64,000 nt of DNA from Isurus oxyrinchus (Eukaryota), in contig JANJGN010000210.1 in NCBI GenBank assembly GCA_026770705.1, positions 682,001-746,000 on the forward strand, read 5' to 3'. The notes beneath the pieces are model-generated. The model ran no database searches and had not been told where the DNA came from. It was given only the letters and a program-made list of their open reading frames with translations. Shown piece after piece: positions 25,142 through 36,250 of the stretch (positions within the stretch are counted from its first letter, which is position 1; every line of letters begins with the position of its first letter). The translations under genes were made by a program, and so were the position numbers.

Positions 25142-25216
25142 TGACGTCAGCCTGTGAACATGTGAACGTCAGCTTTTTTGTCTCTACGACGTCACTCGGA
25201 GGTCAGTGTGACGTCA
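25142..25216. promoter_or_regulatory. CRE (TGACGTCA) cluster
   Basis: Perfect CREs at 25142-25149 and 25209-25216, with variants at about 25163 and 25187. CRE-type decamers are typical of TCR V promoters. Confidence 0.55.
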
Positions 25217-25586
25217 GCTGGTCTTGTTTGAAAGTTAGTTGTGCTTCCTCCGAGATGACAGGACTAAAGTAATTGTTAAAGCTTTAAAGCTTCTTTAAAT
25301 ATTCAGAAAGAAAGAAAGGATTAGTGAGGACAAATGTAGGTCTTTACAGTCCAAACCGGGAGAATTTAGAAGAGAAAACAAGGTCATGGCAGAGCAATTA
25401 AAGTTTTTCTACGGGGCGGAAATTGAGCTGTGTAACTCTTTCGAATACAAACACGTTTCCATCTGCTTCAGATGAAGTTACATTGTTTCATAGTTTGCCA
25501 TTGTGAGATTTGAACTCGGGCTAACAAGCCCAGTACCATAACCACTTGGCTATTTAGGCCAAGCCAATTGAACTGTTTATCTGAGG

Positions 25587-26032
25587 GTCTCAGAGCACAG
25601 TCATAAACGGCGACCTCTGGCAGCTCCACCCAGAAACTCCCAGCGGAACCGTGACCTCTGTTCTCAGCTTTTTTATAAGTCCCTTCTTCGTGAAATTGGC
25701 TCATAAGGCGACATATTGGACAATAAGCAACAGGTTGACTGGAGCCCGACCAGGAAACTGCCAGCACAAGAAAAGGTAATGGGCAATATCTGCTGTATTA
25801 AAATGACAAACCAGCATCACCTTCCTTCTCCTTCTCCTTCCCCCATTGTCCTGTCCAAATACTGTTTACACACAGAACACCCGCTGGAACTGTTGGCTGG
25901 AAGAAAACTTGAACATTTAGAAACATTCGTCCCTTAACCAAACCTGATCATTATTTTTTCATTCGGATTCCACATGTGCATTAACATCACAGTGAGCGCT
26001 AAAACCAGACAGAAATAAACAGAGAAACACAT
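25587..26032 (-). pseudogene. TCR V alpha/delta pseudogene (leader ~26032-25985, V exon ~25889-25587)
   Basis: Leader MCFSVYFCLVLALTV. V reads SSGCSVCKQYLDRTMGEGE..VMLVCHFNTADIAHYLFLCWQFPGRAPVNLLLIVQY..*ANFTKK..VELPEVAVYDCALRP with frameshifts and a stop. No recognisable RSS. Confidence 0.8.
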
Positions 26033-26285
26033 CCCTGTTCACAAGTCCCAACGTGAGGACCGACCACTTCTCTACTGTGGAAAAAACCTTAACAAGCACA
26101 GCAGCAAAATGAACTATTTCACCCTAAGACACACATAGGAATGGAGCTGTGTCAGCCCCATGCCATATCCTCTTCGGACAATATCACACCATCAGTGATT
26201 AGAGGGAACTGGCCTGGCCGCTGTGAGTCCACTCGGCCAGCATTCCCGCCGCTGGCACAGATGCACATTTATTCCTGGCTTATTT

Positions 26286-26299
26286 CCAGTAGGTGGCAG
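26286..26299 (+). promoter_or_regulatory. CTCF consensus site
   Basis: CCAGTAGGTGGCAG, about 250 bp upstream of the V leader at 26032. Confidence 0.55.
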
Positions 26300-26859
26300 T
26301 TGCATCAATGAAGTTGAAAAGCTCTCCAAATGTCACTGTTAAAGACGCGGAAAATTATATGAGTATTAAAATTGTTAACAGGGGGCGTGACAGTGAGTTT
26401 TAGTGGATTTAGGATTAAAGTCAATTTGCGCAGAGTCTGTTATTTTAGAATATGAATTAAGTCTTAGTTCTTGAACTTCTGCTTCCCTACGGAAGGGTTA
26501 CTTGTGGCACTGCCATCTGAGCTGAAAAAAAAATTGTAGTGGGAGCTCCGACAAAGTCGGCTCACTCGATTGATGTGTAATAGAACTTTAAATCTCGATC
26601 CCCACGTTGGATGGTAATGTTGCTTGTTTTAATTATGCTTTATTTTTGTTTAAAACATTGAAGAAAAGAATGGAATGCGCAGTCACAAAGTGAACACACA
26701 ATCAAGTTCTTCCACGCTCTGCCTAAGAGAAATGAAAGCTTTAGTCCTCTAATGTTCACTTTCTTCATAATCATATCTTCCTTTGAAGCTGAATGATGAC
26801 AGGGATGGACACTGGGGGTTGTTTGAATCAGCGGCGTAAATCAGAGTTCGACTCACGCA

Positions 26860-26880
26860 GACGCACACAGGCACCACCCC

Positions 26881-26911
<31 letters not shown>

Positions 26912-27138
26912 GGTCACAGACAGACACATGCATACAGACACACAAACACACACAGAGACACACACAAAGGCACATGCACACAAACGCGCATACACACAAA
27001 CGCTGACACATACAAATGCACACAGACACACGAACACACAGACGCACCCAAACACAAACAGACACACAAACAGACGCACATACACTCATACACACACACT
27101 GAGACACACACACAAATGCAGACACTCGCAAACACACA
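26860..27138. repeat. Poly-C plus degenerate (CA)n tract
   Basis: Direct reading. Confidence 0.9.
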
Positions 27139-27559
27139 TTGATCAATGTAGCTGAGGGAAATCGATTGGGTTACTTTATGGAATTATTGCAAATTGCTAT
27201 TGTGGGTAGGACTTGGATCTTGCCAGATAAATGAACAAAGACGGGCAGAAATGCAACCCTTATTCTTAATGATCATATGAACTGTAAAAATGCAGCATGG
27301 AACAATTGTACCTTGGAGTTACATGATGCTTCCATGAGATGACGGTGTTCACCTTGCTGGTTTCAGTGTGCACGGAGAACGTCATTCGGTTACTTTTTTG
27401 AATAAAACTGATTAAAGAAACGGATTCGGAAGTAAAAGCGTCATTTACAAATGGAATTCGTGTTTACTTTATAGTGATATTGTCAAATATTGAAGTATTG
27501 TCCGCGAGATATTGGAAATATATTCCATGAGACGTTCACCCAGTATCTACTTCCAGAAA

Positions 27560-28030
27560 TGTACAGCAGGGCCGGAGGCCATTGGCTGTTTGTTTACACG
27601 GCAGCCGGTAATTAGCAATCCAGCCTAAACTTACTTCTCAAGGTTTGATCAGTCGCCTTATAGGTTAAGACACTTGAAGGTGCATATCCTTTTTGTTAAA
27701 TATTATGAAATCTTCTGCCACTGATATCCTTTCCAGCTGTGAGTTACAGAAGCCCACTGCCCTCTAGGTGAGAAAAAATCTCCTCGTTTTCCCTTTTATA
27801 ACTCCCGCTTATTAACCAAAATCTATTCCCCCTTAGTTGCTGACCACACAGCCAAAGAGCTTAGATCATGGTATCCAATTTTTTCAAAGTACTCATTATT
27901 TGATACGCTTCCTTTGAGTCTCCCCTTAGCCTCCTCTTTTCCGATGAAAAGAAGGCAAGACTGTCCAATATTTCCTCATAACTAATACCCTTCAGTCTAG
28001 GAAAGACCCTTATAAATGTCCTCCTAGTAC
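27560..28030 (-). mobile_element. CR1 3' fragment
   Basis: GGAGGCCATT..CCCACTGCCCTCTAGGTGAGAAAAAATCTCCTC..AGCCTCCTCT, resembling the reversed CR1 tail. Confidence 0.5.
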
Positions 28031-28779
28031 AATCACATTAATATTTTTACAAAATATCCCATTCTGTTCAAACCTGTTCGTCAATCCTTATTTCAGTCAG
28101 ATGGATGAGGTATCGCATTGTTGTGTTCAAATCCCTTCGGGGCCATTGTATGTCTGTATCTCCTGAAAATGGGCTGTGAATAGTTCTAATGAGAAGTGAG
28201 CAGGTTATTCAACGGGAGAAGCGAGCACTGATGCTGAAGCAACATTAACAATTTCCCTTCACTGTCCCAGATCCCCAGATTGCAGCAGTTTAGACAATTC
28301 AGATTCTCTTGTAGCTGTAGACACAATGGCTTCGAATTACTGCCCAAGCGTCCTGCGATCTGTTTCTTCCAGACACTTGCATTCATCATTTAAAGACGGG
28401 TAGTTCACACTGGGGGGCTGATGGCACTGAGCTGGCTGTATTCAGTATGAGAAGTGAGAAAGAACAAAAGTACAACTCAGGGACGAGCAGATTCTCCCTC
28501 CTAAATGGTCCTCACGAATTTTTTTAACTGGCCGAGAAAGTCTCCCAATGCATTGTCGGGTGACAGAATGAATCTAATTCTAGAGTTGTTTGCATCGAGT
28601 CTCTTTCTCATTCGCACCAAAATAATTTACAGCTAAATGTGCATCGATAATCTCCACCGGATAATAGCAATTGTTTGCATATCTATTTATAGGTCGATGT
28701 ATTTGTGTATTTTTGTGTGTTTGTCTATGTATGAGTATGAAAATGTGTATATATCATGTCTATGTGTATCGCGAGGCTT

Positions 28780-29780
28780 GGTGAATTTTGCTGCAAAGAC
28801 TTGATATACAAGAATTTTCAGCAAAACCATGCAATTATTTCATGATCATATCACTGCAATAATCTTGAGTGGCAGAGTTAAAAAAGACACATTGGAAATC
28901 CGGACTCGGCTCAAGCAAAGCTGTGTGATAGCGCCCTTGCTGTTTACAATCTGCCTGACAGTGTCTATTCACCTAAACAAAGATCAACGGCCCTCTGGTG
29001 GCAGTGTTAAGCACCGCTTCTGTGGAAAACTGTAACTCAGTCACCTCCGCACCAAAATTAAACTGACCATCACATTATCAACAGTTTGAAGAGAACTGCG
29101 GTGTCATTGCGCACTGTGCGGTGCGCTTACAAACCATTCTTGATTTCTTCAATTCTGCAAACAGGAGATTCAGCCTGCACTTGAAATTTTCCAAAACAAA
29201 ACTCAAATTTCAACTCAAATCTGGCCAGTCAAGTATTCTACCTGCCATAAATGTTGAAGGAGAGAATGTGGAATAAGTGGCAGCCAGCTCTCTCAAAAGG
29301 CCACCACTGACGAGGAGATTCAACACCAGCTTTGCCTTCTGAAAACTACGACAGTGAGTGTTCACAAAAAAGACCTCCGCAAGACAACAGTGGTCCGAAT
29401 GTACAGAGCAGTTGCCATCAACAGGCTCCCGTACCGCAGTGAGAACTGGGCCGGTTATCAATGAAGCCTAACAGCTCAAGAGGATTTCCATCAGCAATGA
29501 CTCGCCACGCCATTTGGTTTCATGGTAGGACCACTGAACAAACAGTTGTGTCCTTCTTGGAGTCAGCTCCATAAGCATTCATGAAAGACTTGTGCAAAAT
29601 CAGTTACAGTGGTCTGGACACTGTGTCAGGATGGGCTAAAAGCGTCTCCCCCACCAGGTTCCTTTCTCTCAACTTTCCAATGGCCAACACCCCAGAGGAG
29701 GGCAAATAAAGCATCTCAAGGGCACCCTGAAGATTTCCTTGAAGTGCGGGGTAGATCTCGCACTGTACACCCAGGGATGA
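28780..29780 (+). mobile_element. RTE-clade LINE RT remnant
   Basis: QLFHDHITA...LKQSCVIAPLLFTI, followed by degenerate NFSKTK, KTTVVRMYRAV and QLQWSGH motifs typical of RTE. Confidence 0.7.
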
Positions 29781-29939
29781 GCAAACTTCCTTGCCCGGGG
29801 GCCACATCTGGGTATGGAAATCGTTTGTGGACCGTAAATGCTGCTGAACAATTAAAACAAATATTGATTTTGGTACAAATAAACATTATACATTTGCGAT
29901 TAGAATTGTTAAACCATCACAGAATTTATAGAATTATTC

Positions 29940-30280
29940 AAAATCACAAGAGTCTGGAAAGGGTATATTGGGAGAAACTCCTCCCATTTGTGGAAGGATC
30001 GATAACCAAAGGAGACAGCTCTAAGATATTTGGCAGAAAAAGCAACGGCGACATTAGGAAAAACTTTTCCATGCAGCGAATGATTAGGATCTGGAATGCA
30101 GGTTGATCGGGACTTTCAAAAGGGAACTGGGTCGTTATCTGTAAAAGATTTTAAAAAAAGACACAGTTTACAGGGAAAAGACTATGAATAGGATTGGATG
30201 AATTTATCCTCCGGGGGCCAGCAAAAGCGCAAAGGACCTAACGATCTTCTTCTGTGCTCTTCTGACTCTATGAGTCTATT
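29940..30280 (+). mobile_element. CR1 3' fragment
   Basis: KLLPFVEGSITKGDSSKI..IRKNFSMQRMIRIWNA followed by a TCTATGA tail. Confidence 0.7.
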
Positions 30281-30454
30281 ACGATGCATTGCAATAATTT
30301 AACCAAACAGCCGCTTCTCAAACTCTCTTGACTTCATGTAAACAGCATAGTTGGTCACCCTCATTACTAAGACATCAACGTATGGTTTCGGACTTGTTCT
30401 GGAAATACACAATAAGTAATTGCGATGCTGGTGATTTAGTTGGATCTGTAGAGT

Positions 30455-30730
30455 GTTTTGCTGCATTTCAGCAAAGAAAAGGTTTGTGTGCGCACATCGG
30501 TGGAGCCTAACATAACAGGGATTTTCTTTGCCACCTTGAAGATAATTGGGAGCGCAGGTTCTCTCAAGGAAGCAGAAAATCTGTCAAATTATTCTGGATT
30601 GTTGTTTTCCATGAAAGTTTTATCTTTATGCTGGAAAAGCTTCAGGTTGTCAGCCTTCTCTGTCACATTCTTCTGCCCTCCAGAAAGTTTGCAGTGTTAT
30701 GACAATAATGTGATTATGGGAAATTTATCT
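30455..30730 (-). pseudogene. Possible decayed TCR V pseudogene
   Basis: HCKLSGG..LKLFQHKDKTFMENNNPE*FDRFSASLRE, then TGTGCG-CACACAA-22nt-GCAAAACAC resembling a degenerate RSS. Confidence 0.4.
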
Positions 30731-31292
30731 CTTACTTTGCCCTTATGACAGGATGTTAAGGAAACTGGCCGACAGCCACAAAAGTTTAAACAAATCAAAG
30801 AACAAAGTCAGAAATTAAGGTAGAAAATCCTAGTCAGGCATCTATCTGCATTACAGCCAACACAGCTTCTGATGTTCTGATCTAATCAACTATTTTATCT
30901 GCATCCCATCTGAAAGGTGCATCTCCGGAACTGCAGTAATCCCTCAGTTCTGCACTGCAGAATTAGCCTGATTCACTGGGACTTGAAGCCAGAATCGCCT
31001 GATTTAGAGGCAACAGCGCCACCAAGTGACTCACCGTTGTCGCGGGGCAAGTAGAATATAAGTTTGGGTAACTTGGATTATTCATGGTTAATTTTTTACC
31101 ATTTAGGAAACAGCGGTGTATAAACAGGAAATAGAGGAGGAGTTAGGTTTCTGAAGGGGAAGATGGTGAACCCCAGCCTGACACTGGGTTCCAGCCAGTT
31201 TAAAAAGTGAACGGTTCAGTTTGAAATTAACAATCAGGAAGCGGTGTCGGGGAGTCTTTACAAGGCTGGAGAAACTTCTACCGAAAAAGCAA

Positions 31293-31761
31293 ATGATGGT
31301 GCTCTTCCTGTACCTCTGTTTGTTTCTAGTTAGCTTTACTTGTGAGTGCTGATCATTTATTGATCGTAGAGTCATTAATATTTTAAATATTCTGGTTTAC
31401 TTTGTTGCATTTTAAAATGTCTCTTTTCACCGAGATTTGCTCCTTTATAATTTGCTCGTAGGTATCCGGGCCAGCATTGTGCTAACCCAACCGGATTCCA
31501 TCTCCAAAAACATTGGTGACTCTCTCCAACTGTCTTGTGCGGTGAGTGGGTACAATATCAACCAACATCATATGCACTGGATTAGAGAGGTCGCCGGGGG
31601 AGGGTTGGAATCCATACTCGCTTATAGGAAAGGGTACAACACCTCTTACGCGCCTGGAGTTCAAAGTCGAATCACTTTTTCAACTGAATCTTCCACAACC
31701 TATGTTGAGTTGAATAATTTGAAAACCGAGGACACGGCCATCTATTACTGTGCGAGGCAGT
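31293..31761 (+). CDS. IGHV: Intact IgH-type VH gene segment (leader exon 31293-31341, V exon 31462-31761); IgW-like by eye
   Basis: Leader MMVLFLYLCLFLVSFT with a phase-1 GTGAGT..TAG intron. V reads CIRASIVLTQPDSISKNIGDSLQLSCAVSGYNINQHHMHWIREVAGGGLESILAYRKGYNTSYAPGVQSRITFSTESSTTYVELNNLKTEDTAIYYCARQS, open, with both Cys and the conserved Trp. Confidence 0.95.
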
Positions 31762-31800
31762 CACGGTGAGAGAAACCAAGGCTGGACCCAGGAAAAAACA
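31762..31800 (+). other. 23-spacer RSS of VH
   Basis: CACGGTG-23nt-GAAAAAACA. Confidence 0.88.
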
Positions 31801-32133
31801 GAACGAGGGGGAATCTAAACGCTCCAGGCAGAACACCTCGTTCAGAAACAATGTTCGTAATACAGTCTGACTCTGAACCTCGAGTTACCCCTTAACTAAT
31901 GAATTTCAGCAAAACAATTGTTTGCTTTCTCATGTGTATTATGTTTAGCAAAAATGTTTGGAGACCCAGGGGCTAACGTTTCAACAATATGCTATTGAAG
32001 GATTTTAGAAGGACTGGCGATACATTCCTATCAGTTGGAATGAATCTATCCTGAACACTTCTCATCGTTGACAGTAAAGCAAACGCTCGTGAAATGGAGT
32101 CTGAAAGTCAGGATTTGATCAGAAAGGGAATGC

Positions 32134-32208
32134 AGTATTTGTGCGGGCGTGTGTCACTGTGATACTATGGGGTGGGGTATCACATTACTAACTGTCAATA
32201 CAAAAAAC
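32134..32208 (+). other. IgH-type D segment (core 32162-32180) with 12/12 RSS
   Basis: AGTATTTGT-12-CACTGTG | ATACTATGGGGTGGGGTAT | CACATTA-12-ACAAAAAAC. Confidence 0.9.
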
Positions 32209-32536
32209 CCGACAGAACTTATAGGCTCAGTCTGGATCACTGACTGCGAGTATGAGTTCGCTATACATGTGGTGAAGCAGTGTTGATATTGTAATCCAGA
32301 ACTGAAACTCTCGCCGGGTTTAAGAGAGAGAGAGAGAGAACTGCTAGATAATTATTCAGGAATCAGTTGGTGATTGGAAGAAGCATTCAATTTGGGCAAT
32401 CAAATGAGGAAAGACTGATGTATAAACATGAAAATTAATTAAATTGTACCTTTGTTATGCTTTAGAAATCTATTGTTAGTTGTGCGATGTTACTTTCTAA
32501 AAGAATGGCCTCTTTCCTCAATTTTATGCAGGACCC

Positions 32537-32629
32537 ATTTATTGTGTGGCCCATTGCAGGGAATGTAACACAGTGGTACTGATAGCCTTGACTACTGGGG
32601 ACAAGGTACCAAAGTTACAGTGACGGCAG
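32537..32629 (+). other. IGHJ: JH segment (32576-32629) with 23-RSS and intact donor
   Basis: ATTTATTGT-23-CACAGTG, then TDSLDYWGQGTKVTVTA (WGxG motif) and G|GTAAG. Confidence 0.95.
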
Positions 32630-34059
32630 GTAAGAAACATGCACTATCTTAATAAATAGGTTATATTCCTGTCTTTATCTTAAATTATGTTTTTTTTTAA
32701 TTAATTACTTTGGCCATCCATTATGATTAGTGGGCTCTTTAAGTTTGAATGCAATGTTACTTGTGATTGTGCTCAAGGTGCTGTTAGAATAAAGCGACTG
32801 TTCCAGAGTAGGTGCCGGTCTGGGGTTGAACCTCTCACTAAACTGTTGATGTTATACGGACAGAATCTGACAACAGTAAACAAATGAGTTCTGTGACAGT
32901 CTATGTCTCTGGCCCTTTTCATGATATATTGATATTCTTTGAGATGATGTGATACCGTAGTATTGTGACAGAGTTGAACATTCGCGAATCTTCGCTGTGA
33001 AACACAGAACTATTTCAAATAGACCATTGCTAAGTCCGTCATTTGAAATACACTCCGAGAGCAGATCTGTTTTATGTCATGTTATTATGTTTTACAATGT
33101 GGATAATTTACCGCGAGCATCTAGTGAGAAAAGAATATTAGAATCACAGATCATTTCAATGTGATTTTATTGAAGAAAGAAAAGCATTTGCCAGTTGTGC
33201 GTAACTTTTGGAACGATACACGATATATTCATAAAAAAGCAAAATACTGTGGATGCTGGAAATCTGAACTAAAAACAGAAAATGCAGGAACAACTCAGCA
33301 CGTTTGGCAGCATCTATGGAGAATGAAACAAAGTTAACGTTTCGAGATCGTATGGCTCTTCTTCAGAGTTCTGACTCGAAACATTAACACTGTTTCTCAC
33401 TCAATTTGTTAATATTGATTAAGTTTATATTGGAAGCCCTAAATTGAACAGAGTGATGGAGTGTAGTGTGATAGCCTCTAAAACACAAAAGTTATCAGAC
33501 ACAAACAGTTGCAAATTTCACATTTGTTCATCTTATTAAAATACAGCAAACATTTACAAATTTCGGAGGTGATTTAGAGAACGATTTAAATTCGTTTTTT
33601 CCTAATATGTGAAATACGCCCTGAGAATAGACGGAGTTTATGCTATATCATTTTGTTCAAAAACATGTAATGTTTATAAGGGTGCAAGCAGATAGTAAGA
33701 CTGCTCATTTTAAATCAATGAAGTTGAATTTGCTTCAAGTAAAATAACATTAACCAAATGTATTCATATATTGAGTGGACACTAAATTTTTAATATTGAT
33801 AAAGTATCCTGTTAACCTAACTTGAACGGTAAAATCTCGCGAATTACCAGGCAGGAGCAGGATTGAAATTGATATTAACTAATACCTTTATAATACAGGA
33901 TACATGAACGAATGGATATTATCTTGCACGAATATTATCTGACAATAATTCGAACTTTTTATCGCATCAAACATAAACAACCTTCTACAATTTCATTGTA
34001 AACTGGCCAGGATTACCATGAGTGCAAATTCTGAAGGGTTGCAGAGAATATTTAATGAT

Positions 34060-36250
34060 ATGACAGAGCCCTGGAATAATAGAGTCACTGTGGGCAGGAA
34101 GGCATTCGGGGCATCGAGTGCATGCTGGACGTCTGTAGAACAAACCAGTTAGTCACACTCCAATGCTGTACCCTCATAGCCCTGGAAGTTTTGACTTCCC
34201 TGTCGTGTCAATCTAATTTCCTTTCTCAAATCATTGATAGTGTCCACCATTGCCACCATATTTGGCAACGAGTCATACCATGCGCTTCACAAAAGTCTCT
34301 TCCTCACACTGCCAGTACCTTTTTGTCAAAAACTTTACAACACGTGTCCCAAAACTCTTGAACTATTAATTAATGAAAACACCTTTTCTTTGCCTATTTC
34401 TGTGACACTTTTTATATTTTTGCACATTTTATCAAATCTCCCCTTACTCTCCTTTCCTCCAAGGACAACACAGCTTCTCCAATATAACATTGTAGCTGAA
34501 TTTCCTTAAGCCTAGAAGCATTCTGGTAAATCCCCTCTGCATCCTTTCAAGGACAGCCACAGCTTTCCTAAAGTGTGGTTACCAGAACTGGATGCAAAAC
34601 TCAATTTTCTACCTCACCAGTGATTTATTAAGGATCAGCATAATTTTCCTGATTTTGTACTCAATTCCTTTATTTATGACGCCCAAGATCCAAATGCATT
34701 GCTAAATGATCTCTCAATATGCCCAGCCACATTCAAAGGTCGATGCATATGGACCTCAGGTCCCTCTCCCATCGTGCATTCTTTAGAACGGTACCTTTAA
34801 ATCTATATTGCCCCTCCCAGGCTCTACTGCGAAAATGCATCACCTCTCAATTCTGTGTTAAATTCCATCAGAACTTGTTTACCCCTCTGCTAGCCCATCT
34901 AGTTTCTGTTGCAGCCGCTCGTATCACACTCATTGTTTGTGACACCTCAAGCCTTGGTATCATCCACATATTTTGAAACTTCATTCCGCGTTCCAATGTC
35001 CAAGGCATAGAATCTCAATTTATTGCATTTGATCTGCTTTTTACTTGATCAATTTTGCTGATATGCATTATGCACCCTCTATTTTGTTTAATCACATTTA
35101 CTATCTCCCCCTCCATCCAAGGAGCAATGACTTTGGGTTCTCCTACGTTTTGCTCTTATTGGAATGTAACAAGGTTGCACCGAAAATATCTTGTCCTTAA
35201 AATCATCCGTTGTTCCGTTACTGCTTTTTTTCTCAGTCTTTGGTTCTATTTTCACTAAATCCCCTCACATTACATTAAATTTAGTCCTCTTCCAATTTAG
35301 AAGTTTTACTTTAGATTGTTACTTGCTGTTCTGTATTACTAGTCAGAACCATATGACACGATGATCACTTCTATTCATGTGTTTTCCACAGACATTTAGC
35401 CCATGTAATCCACGTTATTCCCCAACCCAAACTCCAGTAATTCCTCCTTCCTGGTTGGGCCGGAAGCAGACTGGATAAGGAATTCGCCCTGAACACATTT
35501 CCTAAATTCCTCCCACTCCTTATCCTTCCCTAAAACATTATTTCAATCGACATTTGGGTAATCAGAAAGTCCCAAAATAACACAAGTATTTGCATCTCTG
35601 TGATTTCCCTACAGATTCGCTCTCCTTTTTTCTTTCTCTCTCACTCCTGCCTCTCTTTCACTCTTTCTCCCCACCACCCCGCCCCCACCCCCACCCCCCA
35701 CCCCCACTCTCTCCCACTCATCCCTCTCTCTTTCTCTCTCTTTCGGACTCTCCATTTGGCCAATACAATACCCTTCACAGCGTGGTCAACCGTTTTCCAC
35801 TTCTCAGCTCGAATCAAATTGATTCTTCTCTTGTCGCCTCAAGGACATCGTCTCCTTCCAACACTGTAATGTCTTTCCCAGTCAACACCGCAACCCCACC
35901 TCCTCTTCGCCCTCCCCTGTCTTCGTGCTTACCATTTCTAAGCCGGATTTCCCTCATAGTTACTACATCATTGTCCAAACGGATATTTGTGATTGCAACT
36001 CACCAACTTTATTCACCAGACTCTTTGCTCTCACATACCCACATTTCAAACCTATCTTTGGATTGCCCGTCAACCATTTTAGTCCATTCTATCTGATATG
36101 ATGCTATTTCATTCTCTATTAATATCCAACAGTCTACCTCAATTTATGTATTTTATTAACCTGTTCTCCTAAGATATGTTGATGTCCACCCGCCCTCCAC
36201 CCCCGAAAATTTAGTTCAAAACATCTCCAGCAACTCTAGTGAATGTTTTT
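34060..36250 (-). mobile_element. Degraded CR1 LINE
   Basis: Reversed CR1 tail and RT-like text (CCAGAACTGGATGCAAAACTC, CCAAGATCC..GCATTGCT). Confidence 0.6.

Noticed and set aside
26793-27155. Overlapping His/Thr and Cys/Val ORFs
   Set aside because: Translations of a (CA)n/(TG)n tract.
31801-32133. A second D segment between VH and D
   Set aside because: Searched by eye; no heptamer/nonamer pair found.
35590-36096. 168-aa ORF
   Set aside because: Antisense to degraded CR1 plus a CT-rich tract.
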